Notes under the pieces: model-generated | Databases searched by the model: none | Seen by the model: the letters and a program-made list of their open reading frames with translations, nothing else | Told to the model about the DNA's origin: nothing | Program-made: the position numbers and the translations under genes | From: Geosiphon pyriformis uo1 | Taxonomy: Eukaryota > Fungi > Glomeromycota | Assembly (NCBI GenBank): GCA_016748015.1 | Contig: JAAOMT010000134.1 | Coordinates: forward strand, 502,757 to 566,756 | Direction of reading: 5' to 3' | Length of the DNA: 64,000 nt | Part shown: piece by piece, positions 12,601 through 22,963 of the stretch | Layout: the number at the start of each line of letters is the position of its first letter | Numbering within the stretch: the stretch's first letter is position 1

Positions 12601-14319
12601 GAGAACATTCAGTAGCTTATGCCAGTAGAAGCTTAAGTTCAGCAGAAAAAAACTATGGTACTTTAGCACTAGAACACTTAGCTATTTATTGGGCTGTCAT
12701 CAAGTAAAAAGAATACTTAAGTCAAAAATTTGATGTGTATACTGATTACAAAGTATTGACTTTAATCCAGAAGCAAAAATTTGGAAATAATTGCCATGTC
12801 AGATAGAAAATAGAACTTTCACCATTCAATTATATAGTATATTATAAAAAGAGAAAAGACAATAGAAATGCTGATGGTTTGTTATGAATGAGACAAATCT
12901 AAAAAAAAAAAAAAACATTTCAACCCAAAAATATAATAAAACATGAATATACAAAAATACTAACAACTCCAACATTATATAAATACTCAATTGTTCAAGG
13001 AAAAATTATCTCAAAAGGAACAAAACAACATAAAACAGCAATCAAAATATTTTATTAACCATCAAAATATACTTTACTAAAAGAACAAAAAAAATCCAGA
13101 TCAACCAACCAGAGTAATTACAGAACCAGAAAAAGAGACAATATTATTCAACATGCACTCAGATCCAACAGCAGGACATTTTTATAAAGAAACAACTATG
13201 AAAAAAACCAGAAAGAGATACTATTGGCCATTAATGTATCCAGACATCATTCAATATATTCAAAATTGTGATGTTTGTTAGAGAAGAGGTGGAACAAAAC
13301 CCAGTAAATCATTAAAACCAATAAAAGTGGAACAACTATTTGATCACATTAGAATTGACTTAGTCAAACCATTAACAATTACCAGTAGAAACAACAGATA
13401 TATTGCAGTAGCTATGGACTATTTTACCAAATGGCCAGAAGCAAAAGCCATTCAAAGAGCAAATGCAGAATTCATTGCCAAATTCGTTCATCAAGATTTG
13501 ATTTATTAACACAGATGTCCAAAAGAACTATTATCAGATCAAGGAACACACTTTATAAATAGAACATTGCCATAATTAAATCAAAGATTTGAGATAAAAA
13601 GACAATTATTATCACCATACCATCCACAAACAAATGGGTTAGTTAAAAGATTTAACAGAACATTGTGTAAAGCCATTGCCAAAATCAGCCAAGAAAACCA
13701 GAACAAATGGGATTTGTTCATATTATCAGTATTATTTGCTTATTGAACAATGAAACAAGACACTACACAAGCAACACCATTTGAATTAGTATATAATAGA
13801 ACAGCAACATTACCAGTTGAGATAGAAGTCAACATTTATCCAACAAAACCAATAATAGAAGACAATTTTTAAGAAACATTACTAAGAAAAACATATGAAT
13901 TAATAGAAACACTAGAAAACAAATGGTGAAAAACAGCTGATAACATTTAAAAGTTACAAGAAAAACAAAAAAAAAGACACAATAACCAACTACTAAATAA
14001 ACTAGTTAAATTCAAGATTGAAGACAAAATACTTTTACATTATACCAAAATAGAAAAACAATAGAATGGAAAATTTGACCCCAAATGAGATGGACCATTT
14101 TACATAGAAGAAATTCTTGGAAATAGAGCTTACAAATTAAAGTTAAACAACAAAATCTTAACCAAAGCAGCACATGATAATTGACTGAAACCATATCACC
14201 ATATAGTGTTACCATTCACCAATAATATTCCACAATTAGGAGTACAAAAAATACTAGTCCAACCAGATGAAATTCCATGAGATCTGAAACCAATTATAAT
14301 CATTGAACCAAACATGTAA
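6684..14319 (+). pseudogene. gag-pol polyprotein of element A: capsid (about 7680-8250), CCHC knuckle (about 8418-8460), aspartic protease (D at 9126), Cys-rich domain, dUTPase (about 10650-11065), RT (about 11600-12260), RNase H (about 12520-12890), integrase (about 13110-14200)
   Basis: ILDSRS (=DSGS); SRSSLAKKGI..IID..Y.GNI and RGIQGFGST (dUTPase); FCVDYQKLN, MPFGL, YLDN (=YLDD); VAYASRSLS; H..F..C..C, DYFTKWPEA, YHPQTNGLV, *DGPF (integrase). ORF fragments from 6684 to 12707 share one frame, with one frameshift in the A-rich stretch after about 12900. Confidence 0.92.
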
Positions 14320-14359
14320 AATTGAACAATAAAAAAAGGATATAAAAAACATAGTAGAT

Positions 14360-16006
14360 ATGACAAAAAACTTCAGAAAAATAGAAATCACTGACAACAT
14401 CTACTTACTGGCACAACAAATCTTCCAATTGATTTAACAACAGAATATAAAAATTACTATCAATCAACAAATCATTAGATACCAAAATACCAGAAAGATA
14501 CCCAAATACAAAAGTCAAAGAAAAACAGAAAACACTATTGATAAAATGGTTCTAAAAATAAAATTAGCAATAGAAGAACCAACAATTGTCACCACATATC
14601 AAGAGGTAACCAAAAAAACTTGGAAATGATGGATACACAAATTTTCAAAAAACTTTTATTATTTCCACTTGGAATGACACTTGAATATTCAAAACTTATA
14701 CATAGATAAAACAAAACAATTATTTAACACAACAATATTACAACAACTGGAACAATTTGTGGGCAAAAACAATCTAACAACACAAGCAAGAGCCATCTAT
14801 TGATTGCATGCTGGATTCCAAAACAAACTGGAAATTTTACTCAATCCGGTGTTACCAGATGAAATTAGAGATATTATTTAGCATGAAATTATCTTTATAA
14901 TTCCTATCATTAATTAACATATATTATCATTTTAAATTATCACTTATTACATTAGCAAAAATGTCCGAAATTATCACTTAATTAATAACCCAATTTGTAC
15001 ATAACACAAATGTAACCTAATTGTGATGATCAATTATGCAATATACTGAACTATGTAACATTCAAAAAGTTCGCCAAAATTTGTAGAAATTTGCCGAAAT
15101 AATTGATAGTTCACCAAAATATCTAATAGTTCGCAGAAATAACTTGTAGTTCGCTGAAATATATCTCTAGTTCAGCGAAATTAAAGAAAATAGCAAATTT
15201 CAAGTTCATAGAATAGTGTTACAACAAGTTGTATAAAAAAAAAGCTTCTCTTTTTGAGAAAATGTATCTTATTTCAGATTTAACAATTAGAATCATCCTT
15301 TATACATAAAACAAAATAAATATCAAATAAATTCGAAAAGCCAAATTCTTAATTATTTCTCTTGAAATTAACCAATTCCTACCAACAGTTTGAAATTGAC
15401 TAGCTACCAATTTCAGTAAACTGTTAAAGCATTTCCAGACCTGAATCCAAAATGACTTCCATAAATCATTAGTTTTACTTTTTTTTTACAATTCTTTTAT
15501 TCTCTTTCTTTTCTTATTATAAATCATTTGGGTAGTCTACAAACAAGAATTCCTGTAGAAAAGTTGACTTTCACAGCAAAGTAACTACACATTTTAGTGA
15601 GCTTCCAGACAAGCATTTCCTGAAAAAAAGTTGACATTTACTACAATATAACTATACAAGTAACTGGCACAGAATTGGCCATTCCATTTATAAGCCCAGC
15701 AGTTCAAATTATAGGAGATAATTTGAAGATAAATTCAGTTACTGAAGGTTTAACCACATCCAGAAAACGTGAATTCACAGCAAACAGGCATCAACAACAT
15801 TTAGGAAAAGAGACCAAAAACCTCTGATAACACCAGAAATGGACTCCATTACAGTTAACCAAATAGAAAAAATAACCAACTCCCAATTTGAAGAATTACA
15901 AAACAAAATAACTCAAGTAATTCTCAAAAAAAAAGTTCAAGAAATACTCAAAGACAGAGAATTAGAATTAGGAGATTTGGGAGATCTCGATAGAGCTCAA
16001 TATTAA
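14360..16006 (+). pseudogene. ORF3 of element A (about 219 codons once the solo LTR is removed), function unknown
   Basis: ATG at 14360. The frame continues across the excised solo LTR (LLNP/EMDSITV) to TAA at 16004-16006. It has four internal stops, all explicable as transitions. Confidence 0.7.
14850..15832 (+). repeat. Solo LTR, family B, inserted in ORF3 of element A
   Basis: TGTTACCAG...ATAACA termini. TSD CCGG/CCAG. Colinear with 21940-22918. Confidence 0.92.
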
Positions 16007-16020
16007 AAAAGAGGGAATAA
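16005..16020 (+). promoter_or_regulatory. Polypurine tract of element A
   Basis: AAAAAAGAGGGAATAA immediately before the 3' LTR. Confidence 0.8.
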
Positions 16021-16844
16021 TATTATTCATAAAATATAAGAAATATATATTAACATAAATTAGCCAATCAGAAATAACTGTAGTAAATGTAGAATTCCAG
16101 GATTTTTTTCAAAAGGAATTGTAAGATTCCAAAAATTTCAGGATTCTCATATAAAAAAATTGCAGGATTCTAGAATTGCAGGATTTTTGGTGTAAGGAAT
16201 TGAGGAATCAAAGAATCTCAATTATGTATATATAACAGTAGTATTAGAAAAAGAAAAAAAATTTTTTTTTAATTAGAGACCTCCCAGTTTAGATTTGATC
16301 TAAGCAATCTTCTATTTACAAATATCAATAAATAATTATTTACTATTGCAATCCACTCTCCACTATCAATACTTTATGTTAATAGTAATTGATACTTAAC
16401 TACATTAGAACAATAGCTCTTAATTACAGTTATTGATGAGATACTAACTTGCAATTGCTTTTATTTATTTCTTTATCTTCTTTTATTTTCTTTATTTCTT
16501 TTGTATTTCTTGTTGGTTGACTAATTGATTAAAGATTAAAACACTGAGTTACAAACATCATAGGAACTGGTAAAAGACCCATAAAACAAGGGTAGAACAC
16601 TTATAGATTTAAGAATAGCTTACCAGGAGGATTACTGGCCACCATACTGAGAAAAAAATTTGATGGAATTGCGATTCTGGGAGAATACTGAAACAACTAT
16701 TAAATCTCTGTCCATTATACAAAGAACTCTGCAACAAAATTTTCAGATCAATCAAACCTTCAGAGATCAACATCAGAATACCAATCAAGCACCAAGTTAC
16801 AGATTTGTTATTTGCTTTGAGACCCCAAATAAACATCTGTAACA
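16021..16844 (+). repeat. 3' LTR of element A
   Basis: TATTATTCAT (from TGTTACTCAT)...GTAACA. Differs from the 5' LTR mainly by transitions and one lost repeat unit. Confidence 0.93.
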
Positions 16845-18431
16845 GCATATTATCAGAAAATCATATTATATTGTTCAAAAATGTGTAAAACCTTGTATAA
16901 CACAAATTATGTATATATAATAAGAGTGTTAAAAACAAAAAAAGTATTTAAATTAAAGAACAGAAGCTAGAAATTAGTAATTATTTAATACTTTTCTTTT
17001 TAAAAAATAGTTTTTTATAATTTAAAGTAGAATTATATTAATATTAATAAACTTATCTATTATTATTCAATCCATGTTATCATTACTTAATTAAGAAATA
17101 TTAATTAATTTTACACTATTAACACTCTATGCTGATAAAAGTCAATACTTAATCACACTAAACCAATAGCTTTTAATTATAACTATTAATGGTATATTAA
17201 TTTTTTATTTTATTTTATTTTTATTTTATTTTATTTTGTTTGTTTTTGTTGTTGTTTACTAATTAATTAAGGGATTAAGCATTAAGTATTTGACATCAAA
17301 AATGGTCTGATAAAAGATTCAAGAACAAAAGTAGAAAATTTAAGAATAACTTATTAGAAAAGCACAACTGCCAAAATAAACTGGCCATCACATTAAAAAA
17401 AAATTCACAGGAAAAACTATTAATTAAATTTCTGTTTATTATACAAAAAACTCAACCAAAACTTTTAGAAACTACTATTATTAATAGCTATTAAGCACCA
17501 AGTTACAAGTTTGTTATTTGTTTTAACACCTTAAATAATTATTTATAATAGCATATATTATTATTATTCAAATTATTACTTATTATTTAATCAAAATTAT
17601 TGAAATTTCTATTTAATTAATAATTTAATTTGTATAATAAAAATAGAATAATTAAATTACACAATACTTTAAACTATATAATATTCAAGAATTTGCCAAA
17701 ATAATAGATAATTTACTAAAATAGTTAATAATTTGTTAAAATAACTTATAATTTATTAAAATGTATTTTTAGTTTGTCAAAATTATAGCAAAAAGAAAAG
17801 TTTAAGTTTATAAATTAATATTATAACAAGTTGTATAAAAAAAAAGCTTTTTTTTTTAAGAAAATGTATTTTTTTTTAGAATTTTTTTTTAGAACAAGTT
17901 TTTTAATACAAATCAAATAAAAAAACTTAACACTTGAAAAACACAAATTTGTTAATTAATTGTACTTAAAATTTTCCAAATTCCAATTAATGTTTTGAAA
18001 TTAACTAATTATTAATTTTAGTAAATTGTTAGTAACTCCAAATTTGAACAGAAAACAATTCTTTTAACAAAATTTCATTTTTTTTATATTTTTTATATTT
18101 TTTTTACTTTTATTCTTATAATTATTAGGGCAGTTTACAAACAAAATTCTTGTAAAAAAGTTGATTTTTATAGCAAAATAACTATATATCTTTAGTAAGC
18201 TTTTAAATGAACAATTTTTAAAAAAGAATTGACTTTTACTACAAAATAACTACATAAAATAACTAGTACAGAATTGGCTATTTCATTTATAAGTTCAATA
18301 ATTTAAATTATAAGAGATAATTTGAAAATAAATTTAGTTATCAAAGATTCATTAGTTTTTAATAATCATAAATTAACAACAAATTAATATTAATAACATT
18401 TAAGAAAAAAAACCAAAAACTTCTAGTAATA

Positions 18432-20445
18432 TTATAATATGTTTAAAGCCAAGTTGGTCAATTTTTCTCTTTGTTGTACTATCTATAAAATCAGTAATAT
18501 GATTTTTTAAGTTAATGGTCAGATGTGTTTTATTTTTTATTTATCTGATTTTGGTTATTGTTTTTAGTTTGCTCTAATTATATTTGGTTTACAGAGTGAT
18601 TTGAATAATATTATTGTTAAAACTGATATTTTAAAGAAATATTATATTTGGTAAAAAATTTTTAAATATCAACATTGCTTTAAGTATTAAGACTTAAATC
18701 ATTTAACTGTTGATTATAAAATATTTTTACCTTTTTCTTTCAAAAATTTTAGAACTTTTGTGTTTTGTTTTGTTAATATTAAGTTTTATGTTGTTATTAA
18801 AGGTTTTTGGTCTCTTTTCTTATATGTTGTTAATGTTTGTCTGTTGCTAATTTCTTATTTTCTGGAAGCAATTGAACCTCCAATAACTGAATTTATCTTC
18901 AAATTATCTCCTATAATTTGAACTGCTGAGCTTATAAGTAGAATGGCCAATTCCATGCCAGCTATTTTGTGTAATTATGTTGTAGTAAACATCAACTCTT
19001 TCCCAGGAATTGCTCATCTGGAAGCTTACTAAAAATGTATAGTTACTTTGCTGTAAAAGTCAACTCTTCTACAGGAATCTCATTTGTAAGCTACCTTAAT
19101 GATTATAATAAGAAAAGAAAAAAAAATAAAAGAAATATAAAAGAAATAAAATTGTGTTAAGAGAAACATTTTCTATCTAGACCTGAAGTTACTAACAGAT
19201 TAAAATTGGTAGCTAATCAATTTCAAAATATTAGTTTGTGTTGAGAGAATTTCAAGTGTAATAATCAAAGAATTTGGTTTTCGAATTTTTAATTTTTATT
19301 TGAGATATGTAAAAGGTGATTTGTTTTAATTAAGATATCTAAAGTAAAATACTATAATAAGCTACAATGAGAAGATACATTTTTTTGAAGAGAAAAGCTT
19401 TTCTTTTATATAACTTGTTGTATTACTAGTCTTTGAACTTGCACTTTTCTCTTTGCTCTAGTTTTGGCAAACTAAAGATACATTTTGGTAAACTACAAGT
19501 TATTTCTACAAACTATTAATTATTTCGGCCAATTTTCATTAATTTCGCCGAATTTTGACTATATTAAATGGTTCAGAGTATTGTGTAATTTGATTATCTT
19601 AATTTCTATGGTACAAATCAAGTTATTAATTGAGTAATAATATTTGATAATTTGATTAAATAATAAATAATAATCAAAATGATAATAATATATGCTAATT
19701 AATAATAGGAATTATAATGGTAATTTTATGCTAATTAATAGCTAAAATTCTACTAATAACAATGTTAAGACTGTTGTTTCTGTGTCTTTTTTAGTTTTTA
19801 GTCTTCTAATTAACTCTGCTTTCTTTACTAAAATGTTGGCTGATGTTTTTACAGTTTTTTTTTGGTTTGCTTCTTTGAAATCTGATTTGGCCAAGTTTTT
19901 TGCTTTGGTCAAATCTATTATTAAGCCAGTCAGATTTTTGGTTGCTGTATTTAAACAATTTATTAATAGTAATCTGGTTTTGAGTAGTGTATTTGGCCTT
20001 AAAGTTAATAAAATTTTAATACATATAAGTACTTTTAATAAAACAGTTAGTAAATTAGAATAGAAGATAGTTGTATTAAAAACTGAGTATAACTATGAGA
20101 ATATTAATATATCTGGTTTTTATATAAGTTTATTTGTTATTAATAATAATATGTTTTCTAATTTGATGTTATAATAAGAACATAAATTTATTAATATTAA
20201 GTTTGATGCTTTATAAACAGCCAAATGGCTGGTTGAATTAGTTAATAATAGTGTTATATTGTTTAAGATTGTTCAAAAAATGTTATTTTTAAGTAAGTTT
20301 TTTTTTGAAGTATCAATATAGTATAGTTTAAACTGATTTAAGTAGCTAGTTATATATAAAAAACACATAAATTATATTTAATACTAGAATATTTAGTTTG
20401 TTTTTAACTTCTAAATAGTAATTGGACCATATTTATTAAATATAA
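18432..20445 (+). mobile_element. Degraded ORF1-only LINE-derived element with a LINE-type 3' UTR, interrupted by a solo LTR
   Basis: One frame reads FKAKLVN..., HCFKY*DLNHLTVDY (knuckle relic), then ...SLKSDLAKF...LK to TAG at 20319-20321. It is followed directly by the conserved LINE 3' UTR (aagtagctagtta...attggaccatatttattaaa). Confidence 0.6.
18792..19761 (-). repeat. Solo LTR, family B subfamily, reverse orientation
   Basis: The reverse complement matches the B LTR. Perfect 4-bp TSD ATGT/ATGT. Confidence 0.9.
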
Positions 20446-21939
20446 TTTTTTATTTATTTATTTATTAATGAGTGAGATCCAAATACTACTTAGCACTATA
20501 CACTAAAGAAATAATCTATACTAAGCATGAATCATGTATTTATTACACATGACCAGCCACTTGAGCCAATCAGAACATCACTATACAGTTATACTAACAG
20601 AAACAGAGTCTCCTATACCTGAAAAAAACTGACAAAAATTACAAAAACCAAAATGAATGCCCAATGCCTCAGTGATGCCAAGCAATTTGACCACACTAGC
20701 AGAAAACCCTGAGGCCAAACCTGAAACTGACACAAGAACTGAACCATTCAGCAGAATTAGGTTGGTTTTCTCCATATAAACTTGATGTTTAACATGGACC
20801 GACCATATATTATCCCTAAAAACAAGACCAAAAGATCTCACAAACTTAACAACCTCTATACCAGCAACCTTCAGATTATGAAAGATGGAAACAGCTTTGT
20901 GAAACCAACCATTAAACACAAAACTCTTATAAAGAGTTATAGAGACTAAAAAATCAGAAACACAAGATGACAGCAGCTGCAACACACAAGAAGAAGAGTA
21001 AGATAAACCAGAAAGCATTCTCCAAAAAACAACATGAGAGTTCAATATATGGGATCAAGCAAAATTGTCGACTTTACAAAAAAACACATGATCTGAAGTC
21101 TCCATCTTATTACAATACAAATAAAGCACACTAAGATAATGTCTGTTATAGAGGCGCTTTCAAACTGTGACAGGAAGCCGACGATGCAAAGCTTTCATAA
21201 AATAAGTACAGGTGCCAGCTGAAGGTCTGCTAGTAAAACCAGTGGCCATATACAAATCAGGATGCTAAACCAGTGAGGAGTGGGGCCAATCAACCTCAGA
21301 GAGCAAGCTATCAACCAAAAACTTAGAGCCAGAACCAACTTCCCAATGTGCATGACAAATGGAATGGTAAATATCATGAACAAAATATCTGGAGTTGCCA
21401 AAAACGACACCACTATCAGCAATTATATAGCATTTATCCAAGCAAGGAAGAAGACGTCGACCAGAAAAAGAGACAGCACCAGCAATCAAGTTAGCACATT
21501 CATTTCCAGAAACACCAGAATGATCTTTAATCTTGTATCAACTGACATGTAAATTCTTATATCCAATAATATTAGCAATATGTCAGCACTCAACCCAACA
21601 CTGATTGCAAAAATCTGGACACACAAAACCCAATTCAGACTTGCATACATCCAAAGCAGATTGACTATCTAAAAACAATCATACAGAGCTAGATAAGAGA
21701 ACACACTCCAGAGCCAATACAATAGCCTACAATTCCGCAAGAGTAGATGACATTAAACCTGATACACCAACATCCAGACCCATACTAATGTTCTCGAAAA
21801 AGGCAGCAGCACCAGCCCTACAGCCAGCTGTGTCTAAATTTCTCAGAAATCCATCCGTGTATATAGATATTTCACTCAAACCAATACGAAAAAGACAGTC
21901 ACAAATAGAGACAAAATCACCAAATTCAAAGATGTCCAT

Positions 21940-22918
21940 TGTTACCAGATGAAATTAGAGATATTATTTAGGATGAAATTATCTTATAATTCCTATCATT
22001 AATTAGTATATATTATCGTTTCAAATTATCACTTATTACATTAGCAAAAATGTCCAAAATTATCATTTAATTAATAACCCAAATTGTACACAACACAAAT
22101 GTAACCTAATTGCGATGATCAATCATGCAATACCCCAAACTATGTAACATTCAAAAGTTTGCCAAAATTTGTAGAAATTTGCCAAAATAATTGATAGTTC
22201 ACCGAAATATCTAATAGTTTGCAGAAATAACTTGTAGTTCACTGAAATGTATCTTTAGTTTAGCAAAATTGTAGAAAATAGCAAAGTTCAAGTTCATAGA
22301 ATAGTGTTATGACAAGTTGTATAAAAGAAGAGCTTCTCTCTTCAAAAAAATGTATCTTACTTTAGATTTATCATTTAGAACCATTCCTATACACACAAAA
22401 AGAAATAAATATCAAATAAATTAAAAAACCAAATTCTTTAATTATTACACTTGGAAAATCTTCAAAACCCAACTAACGTTTTGAAATTGATTAGCTACCA
22501 ATTTCAATAAACTGTTAGTGACTCCAGGCCTGGATTGAAAACGTCTCCCTTGACAGAATTCTATTTTTTTACATTTTTTTTATTTTCTTTTTTTATTTTC
22601 TTACTATAATCATTAGGGTAGCCTACAGACAAGAATTCTGTAGAAGAGTTGATTTTCACAGCAAAGTAACTATATGTTTTAGTGAGCTTTCAGACAAGCA
22701 ATTCCTGGGAAAGAGTTGATGTTTACTACAATATAACTACATAAAGTAACTGGCACAAAATTGGCCATTCCACTTATAAGCCCAGCAATTCAAATTATAG
22801 GAGATAATTTGAAGATAAATTCAGTTATTGGAGGTTCAACCACATCCAGAAAACGAGAATTCACAGCAAACAAGCATCGACAACATTTAAGAAAAAAGAC
22901 CAAAAACCTCCAGTAACA
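21940..22918 (+). repeat. 5' LTR of element B
   Basis: TGTTACCAG...CAGTAACA, followed by the PBS. Confidence 0.93.
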
Positions 22919-22963
22919 TTTGGTGCTTTCCCACGGAAACAACACAGCAAAAACAACTTCAAA

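Larger units (their letters stand above)
5781..16844 (+). mobile_element. Full-length Ty3/Gypsy LTR retrotransposon, family A (dUTPase-bearing), inactivated
   Basis: Paired LTRs 5781-6621 and 16021-16844, PBS, PPT, 4-bp TSD ACAT/GCAT, and domain order Gag-PR-RT-RH-IN. Confidence 0.95.
5627..17550 (+). repeat. Solo LTR related to family A (A'), split into 5627-5780 and 16845-17550 by element A
   Basis: TGTTAC start at 5627. The 3' end matches the LTR A end (aagcaccaagttaca..tttgttatttg...tataata). Flanks ATAT/GCAT are a TSD altered by transitions. Confidence 0.75.
5555..18431 (+). repeat. Old family B 3' LTR split in two (5555-5626 and 17551-18431) by nested insertions
   Basis: Starts TATTACCAG (from TGTTACCAG) and ends TTCTAGTAATA (from CTCCAGTAACA). 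The two halves rejoin at ...cattaatta[gcat]atatt, as in intact B LTRs. Confidence 0.8.

Noticed and set aside
7254-14280. Stop-codon reassignment or selenocysteine readthrough to explain the in-frame stops
   Set aside because: All three stop types occur, mostly at Q/R/W positions, and differ between copies. Host genes use the standard code.
15069-15185. CRISPR-like array
   Set aside because: Units are about 20 bp with spacers of about 8 bp, sit inside eukaryotic LTRs and have no cas genes nearby.
15662-15760. tRNA-like Pol III A/B boxes in LTR B (TGGCACAGAATTGG...GTTCAAAT)
   Set aside because: The spacing is short, the B box is imperfect and no cloverleaf is evident.
14360-16006. ORF3 as a retroviral envelope gene
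   Set aside because: It is short and has no evident signal peptide or transmembrane segment.
16660-16842. Short ORFs inside LTRs as independent genes (also 6437, 16609, 28028, 28031)
   Set aside because: They are not consistently open between LTR copies and contain no recognisable motifs.
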